A DNA stretch of 64,000 bases, taken from the IMG/VR virus record IMGVR_UViG_3300045049_000286, positions 1 to 64,000 of that record; one strand, written 5' to 3'. Position numbers and translations under genes: made by a program. Shown in pieces: positions 46,916 through 55,897 of this stretch. The notes under the pieces were generated by a model that was given only the letters and a program-made list of their open reading frames with translations, was not told where the DNA came from and searched no databases. This stretch comes from a virus. Positions within the stretch are counted from its first letter, which is position 1, and each line of letters opens with the position of its first letter.

Positions 46916-47566
46916 TCAGGACTGCTGCGTGGCCGTGGTGAGGTCGATGTGCTCCATCCAGCGGCGGTGCCAGGTGGTGGACTCGCGGCTCATGATGTTC
47001 GCGGCCCACATGCGGACGACGTCGGCGGTGAAGGCGGCGCCGCCGGTGTCGGCGTCCTCGGAGTACTTCGCGGCGATGCTGGTGATGGACCAGGCGCGGG
47101 TGGTGGGCTCGTACTTGGCGACGCCCAGGGTCCTGCCGTTGACCTCGACGTTGAAAAGGCGCTCGTTGGTCCAGGGGTCCGGGTTGGGGCTGGGGACCAG
47201 GTCGATGCCGGCCAGGTGCTGGGAGGGGGTGGGCAAGATGGTGTCGCCGTACCAGTCGTGGCCCCGGATGTCGATGACGCACACCGCCTGGTCGGCGTGC
47301 TTGGGGTCGAACACGCCCGGGATGCCGCCCTTGGCGGCGAGGTGGCTCGGGTCGAGCGGGTCGGACATGTCGGGGCTGATGAAGCGGGACGCGACCTCGG
47401 CGACGGCGGCGGTCCAGGCGCGCAGCCAGGCGGTCTGGAAGTCCTCGCCGTCGGCGGTGACAGCGAACTCCAGCCGGTTGTTGTTGTGGGGGCGGGCGAA
47501 CACGAAGATCCACGAGGGGTGCGCGTCGACCTTGAAGTCGAGCTGCTCGGGCTGGGCGTTGCTCAT
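46916..47566 (-). CDS. Hypothetical protein
   Basis: AAGGAG RBS. Confidence 0.75.
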   Translation of the reverse strand: MSNAQPEQLDFKVDAHPSWIFVFARPHNNNRLEFAVTADGEDFQTAWLRAWTAAVAEVASRFISPDMSDPLDPSHLAAKGGIPGVFDPKHADQAVCVIDIRGHDWYGDTILPTPSQHLAGIDLVPSPNPDPWTNERLFNVEVNGRTLGVAKYEPTTRAWSITSIAAKYSEDADTGGAAFTADVVRMWAANIMSRESTTWHRRWMEHIDLTTATQQS

Positions 47567-47588
47567 GGTGCTCTCCTTTGAAAGGGGA

Positions 47589-47651
47589 CTGGACGTACAC
47601 GGCCCCCCACCCCCGGGATGCTTGCGGGGATGGAGGGCCGTGAGCGTGCAG
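47589..47651 (-). repeat. Long intergenic hairpin (family copy 2)
   Basis: CTGCACGCTCAC..GGCCCTCCATCCCC..GGGGGTGGGGGGCC..GTGTACGTCCAG. Confidence 0.65.
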
Positions 47652-47652
47652 G

Positions 47653-47877
47653 TCAGCTCGGCGTCGGCTTGGCGGTGACGGGGGTGATGATGGGGCGGGT
47701 GAAGTCGAACTCCATGTCGTCCGTCTCCTGCGGGTGGATGAGGTTGTGGTAGACCTCGTGCGCCAAGCCGCGCGCGCCGCGCGGGATGTCGAAGGAGACC
47801 TCGACCTCGATGACCTGGGTGTCGTCGCCGCGCACGGGGAAGCCGACGTTGTAGGTGCCGGGCTCAAGCATCTGCAT
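47653..47877 (-). CDS. Hypothetical protein
   Basis: GGGAG RBS; flanked by repeated hairpins. Confidence 0.65.
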   Translation of the reverse strand: MQMLEPGTYNVGFPVRGDDTQVIEVEVSFDIPRGARGLAHEVYHNLIHPQETDDMEFDFTRPIITPVTAKPTPS

Positions 47878-47900
47878 GGTGGTGCTCCCATTGGTGTGGT

Positions 47901-47956
47901 CTGGACGTACACGGGGCCCCACCCCGAGAAGGGATGGAGCCCCGGTGCGCGAGCAG
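47901..47956 (-). repeat. Long intergenic hairpin (family copy 3)
   Basis: CTGCTCGCGCAC..GGGGCTCCATCCC..GGGGTGGGGGCCCC..GTGTACGTCCAG. Confidence 0.65.
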
Positions 47957-47957
47957 A

Positions 47958-48356
47958 TCAGAGGTGGACCGTCTCACCGTTGATCATGGTGAGCCCCGCG
48001 CCGCCCTCGTACTGGAGGACCGCGATGTTGGCCGCGTTGCAGTAGTCGGTGTCCTCGGCGGGGAGGTCGTGGCCGAGGTGGAGGAAGCGGCCCTCCCAGG
48101 CCCGGACCTGCTGGGTGGCCTGCTCCCAGGTCTCAGCGGTGACGGTGAACGTCGCCACCATCTTGGCCTGGAATGTGTAGGTCTGCTGTGCCACGGTCTT
48201 CTTCTTCTCCTCGGGTGGTTGGTGCTTGATGGGCACCCAGTCACGGGGGTGCCAGGAGATGCAGTGGATGCCGCTCCAGTCGTCCTCGACGGTGAGGCCG
48301 TTGGTGAACAGCCGCGCGCCGCAGCGGGTGCAGTCTCCGAGCGGCTTCCAGGTCAT
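47958..48356 (-). CDS. Hypothetical protein (possible internal start at VAQQTY)
   Basis: ATGA overlap; internal GAGGAG RBS. Confidence 0.6.
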   Translation of the reverse strand: MTWKPLGDCTRCGARLFTNGLTVEDDWSGIHCISWHPRDWVPIKHQPPEEKKKTVAQQTYTFQAKMVATFTVTAETWEQATQQVRAWEGRFLHLGHDLPAEDTDYCNAANIAVLQYEGGAGLTMINGETVHL

Positions 48357-48718
48357 GATTCGGGCCGGATGCAGTAGGCCCAGTCCTTCGGGCTGCACTT
48401 GTCGCCGCGATCCAAAGCCCACGGCCGCAGTTCGCGACCGCAGCGCGGGCAGGTCTTCACGACGGTGGTGGTGCCGGTCAGGGCGTCGCTGGTGCGCTGG
48501 ACCATCGGCATGAGCGCGTCGATGTCGGCCATGGTCAGGTCGACCTCGTGACTGGCTTCAAGGCCGTCGCCGTCAGGCACGAAGTGCTGGACGACCAGGA
48601 GGTCGGCGGCGTCGAGCTGCATCAGGCTGAGCCGTCCCGTCGGGGTGCCGGTGAGGACGGCGTGGACGAGGACCTCGATGCGGCCGTTCTCGTCGCAGTG
48701 GTCGATGGTGCAGGCCAT
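48353..48718 (-). CDS. Hypothetical protein with Cys motifs
   Basis: AAGGAG RBS. Confidence 0.7.
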   Translation of the reverse strand: MACTIDHCDENGRIEVLVHAVLTGTPTGRLSLMQLDAADLLVVQHFVPDGDGLEASHEVDLTMADIDALMPMVQRTSDALTGTTTVVKTCPRCGRELRPWALDRGDKCSPKDWAYCIRPES

Positions 48719-48720
48719 GG

Positions 48721-49320
48721 TCAGCTCTCCTTGTCGATGCGGACGTACGGGTGGTGGGCGTTGGCGGTGTAGCGCAGGTGCACCCAGCGGTCGTCGAGGT
48801 CGGCCGGCGTCTCGGTGGTGAAGAACGACGTCTCCCAGTGCTGCCCGTCCTCGGCATGCCGGCTCTCGCGGATCGAGCCGGTGACCTTGTAGGCGTCGTT
48901 GTCGGTCGCGGCCTGGATCGCGAAGTGCCGGGAGACGCCGTCGGCGCGGGTCAAGGTGGCGTAGTAGGTCCGCAGCGGCATGGTGCCTTCGGCGTTGAGG
49001 ATGATCCGCTGGTCGACCCAGCCGCCGGTGTGGTGCCGCTGGTGCTGGAGTGGTGCGGTCACGCAGTCGCCGGTGAACACGAACTCGATCCGGAAGATCG
49101 GGTCGCCGCCGTCGTCGCCGAACACGCCGTCCGGGTGGAGGTTCTCGATGTCGAACTCGTCCCAGTCGCCGTCGTCGCGAAGTCCCTGCTTGGCGACCGG
49201 CAACAGGGACTTGGCGACCAGGCGGCACGCGTCCTCGTAGGTGGGGGCGGTGACGACGTAGACGTAAGAGCCGTCCCAGTAGGAGCTGTCCGGCTGGATG
49301 CACAGGGTGAAGGTGTTCAC
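48721..49320 (-). CDS. Hypothetical protein
   Basis: AAGGAG RBS before GTG. Confidence 0.7.
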   Translation of the reverse strand: MNTFTLCIQPDSSYWDGSYVYVVTAPTYEDACRLVAKSLLPVAKQGLRDDGDWDEFDIENLHPDGVFGDDGGDPIFRIEFVFTGDCVTAPLQHQRHHTGGWVDQRIILNAEGTMPLRTYYATLTRADGVSRHFAIQAATDNDAYKVTGSIRESRHAEDGQHWETSFFTTETPADLDDRWVHLRYTANAHHPYVRIDKES

Positions 49321-49322
49321 GG

Positions 49323-49712
49323 TCAGCTCTCCTTGGTGGTGTCTGTGGGCACCCAGCGCCCGTCCTTGTAGGTCGCTCCGGCCGCGAGCCGTCGGGCGAA
49401 CTCGACGCTTGCGGCGGGGTAGTCCTCGGGGTCGATCGGCGTGTAGTAGATGCCGTTGATCTCGTGCTCGGGGATCGAGGAGCACCCGCGCCCGGTGATC
49501 TCGCCGAACGCGTCGGATGCCCAGAAGTCGTAGCCGCCGGGGTTGTGGCCGTTGATCTTGCCTCGGGGCTCGCCGATCAGGCCCCACGAGGTCCAGCCCT
49601 TCGGCATGTAGTGCATCTTGACCCACATGCCGGTGGTGAGCTGCTCATGGGGAATGCGGTCGTCGGGCATGTCGTAGTTCGGCATGATGGGCGGAATCCT
49701 GCGCTGCGGCAT
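49323..49712 (-). CDS. Hypothetical protein
   Basis: GAGGAG RBS. Confidence 0.7.
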   Translation of the reverse strand: MPQRRIPPIMPNYDMPDDRIPHEQLTTGMWVKMHYMPKGWTSWGLIGEPRGKINGHNPGGYDFWASDAFGEITGRGCSSIPEHEINGIYYTPIDPEDYPAASVEFARRLAAGATYKDGRWVPTDTTKES

Positions 49713-49725
49713 GGTGGGTTCTCCT

Positions 49726-50028
49726 CTACTCGACGCGGGTGCCGTCGCCGTACACGACCGGCATGGGCTCGCAGGTGGCGTTGTTCTTCGCGGCGAACTG
49801 GTTCAGAAGCCGCACGATCATCTGGTGCTGCTCGTCAGCTGGGTCGATCTCGGTGCTGCACTCCTTGCACGTCACCGAGAACTTCTCGTTGAACAGGCCG
49901 TCGAAGACCAGCTCGGGCGGGGGCGGCGTGTCCGTCTCGGACAGCGGCTCGTAGGTCTCGACGGTGAACATCGCGCCGACGTTGACGTCGAAGGCGGTGT
50001 TGGTGCACTCGGGGTTGGTGCAGCGCAT
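49726..50028 (-). CDS. Zinc-ribbon hypothetical protein
   Basis: CTNPEC...CKEC; AAGGAG RBS. Confidence 0.7.
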   Translation of the reverse strand: MRCTNPECTNTAFDVNVGAMFTVETYEPLSETDTPPPPELVFDGLFNEKFSVTCKECSTEIDPADEQHQMIVRLLNQFAAKNNATCEPMPVVYGDGTRVE

Positions 50029-50030
50029 GG

Positions 50031-50570
50031 TCAGTTCTCCTTGTTCTCGATGGCGCCCAGGCAGTCGTCGTCGTGGTAGGTGTAGTCGTGGACGGACTCC
50101 ACCTGCGCTTGGTAGGCGTCGGCCACGGCGGGCGGCATGTCGGCGTCCCAGCCGGGGGCGAGCTGCTCAAGGAACCAGTCGCAGCCGCTGCCGGAGCGGC
50201 CGGGGTCGATGTCGTGCTGGTTGAAGCTGTCGACCTGCACGCCGTTGACGAAGAGCGTGCAGGTGGTGTCGCCGTCCGGGTCGCGGTTGACGATCAGGTC
50301 GTAGCGAGGGGGGTTCTTGGCGTCGAACACGTCGGTGTCGTTGATGCTGACGCGGAGGTTGACCAACTCGTGGTCGGGGTTCCCGAAGTGCAGTTCCTCG
50401 GGCCACGCCTCTTCCAGCTCGATGGTGACCTGGTAGCGCGGCTCGGGGTCATCGGTGACGTAGGCGAACACGCGGTCGCCGTTCGGCATCATCAGGCGGG
50501 GCAGGGGCGTTGCCGCGCTGCCCTTGAGCGCTCGGATCGTGCGGTTGAACTGACGGGCGTCGAAGCTCAC
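50031..50570 (-). CDS. Hypothetical protein
   Basis: GGAGG RBS; RDPDG..T....NG...IDPG motif. Confidence 0.7.
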   Translation of the reverse strand: MSFDARQFNRTIRALKGSAATPLPRLMMPNGDRVFAYVTDDPEPRYQVTIELEEAWPEELHFGNPDHELVNLRVSINDTDVFDAKNPPRYDLIVNRDPDGDTTCTLFVNGVQVDSFNQHDIDPGRSGSGCDWFLEQLAPGWDADMPPAVADAYQAQVESVHDYTYHDDDCLGAIENKEN

Positions 50571-50595
50571 GGGAATGCCTCCAGTAAATGCGGAT

Positions 50596-50623
50596 GGGCA
50601 GCCCCGACATTCTGGGACTGCCC
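50596..50623. terminator. Intergenic hairpin
   Basis: GGGCAGCCCC/GGGACTGCCC imperfect stem. Confidence 0.4.
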
Positions 50624-50676
50624 TGCGTCGAAAATGCGTGACCGTGCGGCCGGCGGAACGGCCGGCGTGTCGGCGG

Positions 50677-51207
50677 TCAGGTGGTCGGCTGGTTGGCCCA
50701 GTGCTCCAGGTAGCCGCGTGCGAGGTCGCTGGAGGGGAAGCCGCCGTAGCCGATGATGTCGAGGCCGTCGGTGGACAGGACCGCCGCGAGGACGTCGAGA
50801 CCGCCCTGCACGCGGGCCTCCGCCGCCTGGTAGAACCTTGTGCGCAGCGGGTGCTCGGTGGTCTTCTTGGCCCGCTCCCACGCCTCGTCGTGGTCCTTCA
50901 TGAGCTGGGCCACGCGGCGCAGCGCGGCTTGGGCGGTCGGGGAGGGCTGGTAGCTGATTGTGGTTGCGTCCTTGCGCAGGCCGGGGATGGCCGTGGTGCG
51001 CAGGCGCTCGCCGTTCTGCGAGACGACTCTGCCGTCCTCGTACCGGACGTCGTACCAGCCCTCGAAGTACGGGCCGCCGGGGTCGGTGGAGCGGCCCCGG
51101 GTGAACTGCTCGGGGTCGATGATGCCCCATCGGGCTTCGTTGGTCATGACCCACATGCCGGGCCTGATCACGACTCCGTCGGACGTGCGGTGCTCGGTGG
51201 GCTTCAC
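50677..51207 (-). CDS. Hypothetical protein, paralog of 51204-51473
   Basis: HRTSDGVVIRPGMWV...WG.I.P.QF...DPGGPYFEGWYDVR. Confidence 0.7.
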   Translation of the reverse strand: MKPTEHRTSDGVVIRPGMWVMTNEARWGIIDPEQFTRGRSTDPGGPYFEGWYDVRYEDGRVVSQNGERLRTTAIPGLRKDATTISYQPSPTAQAALRRVAQLMKDHDEAWERAKKTTEHPLRTRFYQAAEARVQGGLDVLAAVLSTDGLDIIGYGGFPSSDLARGYLEHWANQPTT

Positions 51208-51473
51208 TGGTTCACCTGCTCGTGTGTGGTTTCGGTGGTGGTCATGTCGACGCCCAGGCACATGCGGTGGCGGCGGAAGAGGCCGATGCGGTGGTCGAGT
51301 CGGACCTCGAACCGGCCGTTGAAGTAGGGGCCGCCGGGCTCGGCCAGCGGCATGACCCGGGAGAATTGGCCCGGGGTCACGGTCCCCCACCCGTGCTCGG
51401 TGTGGACGCGCAGACCGGGGGTGATCTTGACGCCGTCGCGGGTGGTGTGAAGTGGGTTGACCGGCGCTCGCAT
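51204..51473 (-). CDS. Hypothetical protein, paralog of 50677-51207
   Basis: HTTRDGVKITPGLRV...WG.V.P.QF...EPGGPYFNGRFEVR. Confidence 0.7.
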   Translation of the reverse strand: MRAPVNPLHTTRDGVKITPGLRVHTEHGWGTVTPGQFSRVMPLAEPGGPYFNGRFEVRLDHRIGLFRRHRMCLGVDMTTTETTHEQVNQ

Positions 51474-51500
51474 CACGCCTCCTTCCGTCTTGCGGGCATG

Positions 51501-51545
51501 AAAAAGCCCCGCACCGGTCTCGATGCGGGGTCGGGCGTGCGGGGC
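51501..51545 (-). terminator. Intrinsic terminator with alternative 5' arms
   Basis: GCCCCGCAC..GTGCGGGGC followed by TTTTT on - strand. Confidence 0.8.
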
Positions 51546-51549
51546 CGAG

Positions 51550-51900
51550 TCAGGCGAGCTTGGCTGCCTTCTGGCTGTCGGGGTGGTGGATCGCGTCGCG
51601 ACCTTCGAGGGCGATGGACTGCCAGATGAGCTTCTCAACGCCGTCGCGGTGCTTGGCGGCGCCGAGCGGCTTGGGCTCGTACGGTTCCTCCTGGTCCCAG
51701 CGGCGGAACCACAGGCGGCCCACGATGTAGCCGCTGTCGCCGAACCGCACGTCGAACTTGGCATCGTTGTTCATGACCCGCTGGCCGACAACCCAGTGGA
51801 AGTCGTCCTCGGGGTCCTGCTCCCACACCAGCTCCATGTCGGTGCGCTCCTGCACGACAGCGGCCAGCGCCCGCGTCGCGTCCTGGTTGACGTCGCTCAC
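51550..51900 (-). CDS. Hypothetical protein
   Basis: AAGGAG RBS; GTGA overlap. Confidence 0.7.
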   Translation of the reverse strand: MSDVNQDATRALAAVVQERTDMELVWEQDPEDDFHWVVGQRVMNNDAKFDVRFGDSGYIVGRLWFRRWDQEEPYEPKPLGAAKHRDGVEKLIWQSIALEGRDAIHHPDSQKAAKLA

Positions 51901-52346
51901 GCGCTCTCCTTCATGTCGAACCAGTAGACGGAGATGTGGTCGCCGAAGCCGTTGTCGGAGTCGGCGGAGTCCACGTACAGCGAGTCGCCGACGGCCATCT
52001 TCTTGACCTCCGACAGGCCCTGGTCGTTGAGCCACTCCATCGGGATCTCGTTCCGGCCGCCGCAGTGGTCGTCCAGCCACTCCTGGATCACGTCGCCCCA
52101 GCCGTCGTCGATTCGGCTGGTGTTGTACATGCCGACGACCTCGGCGAACTGGAGGGTGTCGATCTCGTTGATGTTGTGGTGCTTGAACGCGGCCAGGACG
52201 CACGCGTGGACCGCGTTGTCGTCGCGGTCCACGTGGGTGTACGCCTCGACCAGGGCCTCCTGGATCGGCGGGATGTCGATGTCGTCCCAGCCGTTCGCGT
52301 CGCAGTCCTCCAGCGCCTGCATCCACTCGTCGAGTGTGTACGTCAT
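51897..52346 (-). CDS. Highly acidic hypothetical protein
   Basis: D/E-rich; ATGA overlap. Confidence 0.7.
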   Translation of the reverse strand: MTYTLDEWMQALEDCDANGWDDIDIPPIQEALVEAYTHVDRDDNAVHACVLAAFKHHNINEIDTLQFAEVVGMYNTSRIDDGWGDVIQEWLDDHCGGRNEIPMEWLNDQGLSEVKKMAVGDSLYVDSADSDNGFGDHISVYWFDMKESA

Positions 52347-52591
52347 CCCTCGGTCTCCTTGTAGTCGTCGCTGTCGTAGACGACGTTCTCGGTCATCACG
52401 TGCACGGCGACCACCCGGGCGCCCTGCTCCTCGGCCCACCGCTCGGTGCGCGGCTGCCAGTTGTCGGTGAGCGCGAACTCGTCGAACGGGCCATCGGCCG
52501 TGCGGCGCCGGAGGATGACGAACTGCTTGTCCGTGTAGTCGATGGCCTCGTTGACCGTGGGGGTGACTTCGAGGTCGCTGAGCTTCTTCAC
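52343..52591 (-). CDS. Hypothetical protein
   Basis: AGGAG RBS. Confidence 0.65.
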   Translation of the reverse strand: MKKLSDLEVTPTVNEAIDYTDKQFVILRRRTADGPFDEFALTDNWQPRTERWAEEQGARVVAVHVMTENVVYDSDDYKETEG

Positions 52592-52603
52592 TGTGGCTGG
52601 CTC

Positions 52604-52891
52604 CTACATGTTGGCGCGGGTGTCGGCGCCCTCGCGCCGGGCCCACGCGCGCAGCTCGTCCTTGACGTACTGCTCGGGGTCGTCCTCGTCGACCTCGTCG
52701 CCGGTGGTGTTGATGACCGAGACGGAGGGGAAGTCGCCGGTGTTCTCCCCGGCCGCGTCCAGGCGCGCGCCCTCCTCAGCGGCGAAGACGTCGATGTACT
52801 CGCCGCCGTGCCAGGTGGCCCACCATCCTGCGGCCTCCACGACGATCGGCTCGTCGAGCTTGAGCCAGGTGTCTCCGCCGAGCTTGATCAT
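52604..52891 (-). CDS. Acidic hypothetical protein
   Basis: AAGGAG RBS; WHGG.YIDV motif. Confidence 0.7.
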   Translation of the reverse strand: MIKLGGDTWLKLDEPIVVEAAGWWATWHGGEYIDVFAAEEGARLDAAGENTGDFPSVSVINTTGDEVDEDDPEQYVKDELRAWARREGADTRANM

Positions 52892-52931
52892 GCTTTCTCC
52901 TTATGCACGGGTTGTGGTTGGGTCCTTGAGT

Positions 52932-52977
52932 GCGCCGTGCCCGGAATCGAACCGGGCAGCTTCCCTCGTGACGGCGC
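52932..52977 (-). ncRNA. tRNA-like minihelix (acceptor-like stem + T-arm only)
   Basis: GCGCCGT-N13-GCCCGG-TTCGATT-CCGGGC-ACGGCGC. Confidence 0.65.
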
Positions 52978-53004
52978 CCGCTATTCAGTTGTTGGTCCTG
53001 CGTC

Positions 53005-53517
53005 TCACGCGTCCCACTCCGTCTTCCACAGGAACTCGTCGAAGTGCTCGCCGAGGAACTGGCGCACCCTGATGGTCTGGGCGGTGTGGATGGTGAACAG
53101 GTCGTATGCCCGCGCCAGCTCGGCTGCGGTGATCTGGCCTAGGTCGCCGAACCAGTTGCTGACCCAGTCGTTGTAGTTGCCCTGGGCGTTGATGATGTCG
53201 ACCGTCTGGTGGCAGACGGTCTGGACCAGCTCGTAGACGTCGGGCTGCTCGTTGTCCTGGTAGGCCGCCGACGATCCCTGGTTCTGCACGATCATCGTGC
53301 GGCCGGTGTAGTTGGACAGGCCGATGATCTCGCCCTCGTCGCGGTCCTCGATCGGGCTCGGCAGGTAGAGGTCGGGCGCGTCGGTGTCGGCGGGGAAGCA
53401 CAGCACGCTGATCCACTCGTGGTGCTTGCGGCCGTCGGCCTCGCGTGTGGTGCCACCGTAGTAGTTCACGACGTAGATGCCGTGCTCGTCCACGCGCTCG
53501 CGAAGCGACTGGGTCAT
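53005..53517 (-). CDS. Hypothetical protein
   Basis: GGAGG RBS; ATGA overlap. Confidence 0.7.
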   Translation of the reverse strand: MTQSLRERVDEHGIYVVNYYGGTTREADGRKHHEWISVLCFPADTDAPDLYLPSPIEDRDEGEIIGLSNYTGRTMIVQNQGSSAAYQDNEQPDVYELVQTVCHQTVDIINAQGNYNDWVSNWFGDLGQITAAELARAYDLFTIHTAQTIRVRQFLGEHFDEFLWKTEWDA

Positions 53518-53825
53518 GGGGTGGTGTCCTCCGAGTTCTGCTGGGCCTTCTGCTTGCGCAGCGCGTTGATCAGTTGCCGCATGGTGCTGATCTCGTCCTC
53601 ACGGGCCGCGATCATGTCGAACAGGGTCGAGATCTGGATGGAGTCGCCCGGCTGACGCTCGGGAACCGTCTCCGGCTCGTGGGCCTCAAGGTGCGCCACA
53701 TAGGCGCGCTCGTCGGCGTCGCGCATCTGCTCGGTCCACCCGCTGATCGTGCGGGGGTCGGTCATCCGGTGCCGGCCGGCCTCGTCGTGCCAGTGCTTCG
53801 GTTCTCGGCCAGTAAGCCGAGTCAC
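53514..53825 (-). CDS. Hypothetical protein
   Basis: Overlap coupling. Confidence 0.65.
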   Translation of the reverse strand: MTRLTGREPKHWHDEAGRHRMTDPRTISGWTEQMRDADERAYVAHLEAHEPETVPERQPGDSIQISTLFDMIAAREDEISTMRQLINALRKQKAQQNSEDTTP

Positions 53826-54187
53826 TGGCCCTGCTCCTCCGCCTCGGCGAGGGCCTCGGCGGTCAGCTCGGCCTCGACCACGCGGCGGTACGGGCTGTGC
53901 TCATCGGCGTCGATCTGGCCGAGGTTCGCGAGATCGTTCCCGTCGCGGTCGTACAGAGTCGCGATGTAACCCTGCTCCGAGCCGTCGTGCACGTCGTCGT
54001 CGAACGGCTCCGGGTCCTCAGACCAGACCACGTACCAGTCGGCCGACAGACGGTGCAGCTCGGCCGCCGCAAGCGCACGCGCACCTCGGACGCGCCCCTC
54101 CTCCGGGGTCTCGGTCGCCGGGTCGTACGACGTCCCGGCGTGGTCGTAAAAGAACTGCTCGCGCTGGTCCAGCGCTGCTCCGCTCAC
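53822..54187 (-). CDS. Hypothetical protein
   Basis: FFYDHAG.SYDP.TET.E.GR...AR.LA.AE...YRRVVEAEL. Confidence 0.7.
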   Translation of the reverse strand: MSGAALDQREQFFYDHAGTSYDPATETPEEGRVRGARALAAAELHRLSADWYVVWSEDPEPFDDDVHDGSEQGYIATLYDRDGNDLANLGQIDADEHSPYRRVVEAELTAEALAEAEEQGQ

Positions 54188-54690
54188 TGCTGCTTCTCCT
54201 TGTTGATCTCGTCGGCGATCCGCTGCGCCGCCCCGGGCATCAGGGCGCCATCCTCGTCGTAGTCCTCTTCGCGGACCAAAGCCTCGACCTGCTCGCCGGT
54301 AACGACGATCTTGGCGTCGGGATGCCGGGCGTGCCAGGAACCATTGATGCCGTAGACCTCGGCTACACCGTCGTGCGCCATCAGGGCGAGGGGCCCGGCC
54401 AGCGCAACCAGCTCGGTCACCTGCTCGGGCGTGACGGGCACCACGGGGTGCCGGTCGTCCAGCCACTGCTTGCAGCGGGCCACGAACGTGTCGTAGAGCT
54501 CGGGCCGGTTAGTGATGCCGGACTCCTGGTGGTGCAGGTTGATGCACTGGTCCCAGACGCGGCCGTTGACCTCCTGCCGCCCGATCTCGATCACCGAGGC
54601 CCCGACGGTTTGCTTGAACATCAGGTTGCTGGCCTTGTCGTACCACTCCATCGGCGCCAGCTCGCGGGGGTCGACGTAGTCGCCGCTCAT
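54184..54690 (-). CDS. Hypothetical protein
   Basis: GAGGAG RBS. Confidence 0.7.
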   Translation of the reverse strand: MSGDYVDPRELAPMEWYDKASNLMFKQTVGASVIEIGRQEVNGRVWDQCINLHHQESGITNRPELYDTFVARCKQWLDDRHPVVPVTPEQVTELVALAGPLALMAHDGVAEVYGINGSWHARHPDAKIVVTGEQVEALVREEDYDEDGALMPGAAQRIADEINKEKQQ

Positions 54691-54887
54691 GTCTCCTCGA
54701 TCGGTCGGATGGTGGCCTGGAGCGCCGGGCGGCGGGTGTAGCTCTCGCCGCACGGCTGGCACACCCGCTCGCTGACCGGCTCCCGCTCCCCCGTGTCGGG
54801 GTTGCGCTCGCTGTAGTCGAGCGTGTGCGTTGCGATACCGGTACACGTACCGCCATCGCCCCTGATTGTGGCGCATCGCACTGTCAT
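54687..54887 (-). CDS. Small Cys protein
   Basis: C...C...CQPC; overlaps. Confidence 0.6.
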   Translation of the reverse strand: MTVRCATIRGDGGTCTGIATHTLDYSERNPDTGEREPVSERVCQPCGESYTRRPALQATIRPIEET

Positions 54888-55399
54888 CGGGCGGGCTCCT
54901 CGATCAGAACGCCGCGCTCGCGCAGCGCCTCGACGAGCGACTCGGCGTCGTTGTAAGCCTCCTTGAGCTTGTCGATCTCCTTGTCGTTGCTGTCGCCCAT
55001 CGCCAGCTCCTCCAGCTCCTCGCTGTAGCCGCTCACCGTACGGGCGTACTCAGTGATGGACTGCCGGTCGGAGTAGCGAAGGTGCACCGAGTCGCGGGGC
55101 AGGAACTCGTTGCCATATGACTCGGCGACTTTGCGCCAGTAGAAGGCGCGCGCGGTGTCCTCGTCGTCGAAGTAGTCACCCTGGTCGGCGTCCAGTTTGC
55201 CGACCGCCCAGGCGCCGTGCTGGAGGTGGTCCCCGTGGGCCAGCAGGAGCACATCCCCGGCCGGGGTGAGGAACGAGTCCACCACCGATCGGACGCCGTA
55301 GTCCTTGGCAACGGTGTAGCGCTCTCGCCACACGTCCCAGTACTCGTGCGGCTCGGCCTCGTAGGTCGGCTCGGGCATCTCGAAGTGCGGGCGCTGCAT
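54884..55399 (-). CDS. Acidic hypothetical protein
   Basis: GAGGAGG RBS; TGATG overlap. Confidence 0.7.
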   Translation of the reverse strand: MQRPHFEMPEPTYEAEPHEYWDVWRERYTVAKDYGVRSVVDSFLTPAGDVLLLAHGDHLQHGAWAVGKLDADQGDYFDDEDTARAFYWRKVAESYGNEFLPRDSVHLRYSDRQSITEYARTVSGYSEELEELAMGDSNDKEIDKLKEAYNDAESLVEALRERGVLIEEPAR

Positions 55400-55860
55400 C
55401 AGTAGACCTCCTCGGGTCGGAAGATCGAGAGCGGGTACAGGCCCCGGTCGGTGTACTCGTCGGGGCCGTGGCGCAGCTCGGCGGTGACGTTGCCGGTCTT
55501 GTAGCCCTCGTGGTCGACCTCGGCCGCCAGGACCACCCACCGGCTGTCCTCGGCGCGCAGGAACTCGCGGCCCACGGGGTCGATGACGTCGACCCACTCG
55601 TCGATCGCGTACTGGGTCATCGGGTACGGGACCGCTCCGGGGTGGTCGTAGGTGCCGGCCGCGCCGAGCGGGCCGATGTAGCAGCCGTCAGCGTCAGTCA
55701 CGTCGATCGGGCGCGTGTCGCCGTGCGGCAGGATGGCGATCACGTACGCGGCGTGCGTGCGGTGGTCGAGGATTGCGGTTGCGTCCTTGCGGTCCAGGTC
55801 GGCGGCGGGCACCTCGGAGTCGTCGAGCTGGCGCAGCACGATCTTCGGGAACTGGATCAC
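55399..55860 (-). CDS. Hypothetical protein
   Basis: GGGGAG RBS before GTG. Confidence 0.7.
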   Translation of the reverse strand: MIQFPKIVLRQLDDSEVPAADLDRKDATAILDHRTHAAYVIAILPHGDTRPIDVTDADGCYIGPLGAAGTYDHPGAVPYPMTQYAIDEWVDVIDPVGREFLRAEDSRWVVLAAEVDHEGYKTGNVTAELRHGPDEYTDRGLYPLSIFRPEEVY

Positions 55861-55897
55861 GGGTCTCCCCTCTCGGTTGCGGGTGGACATGGAAAAG

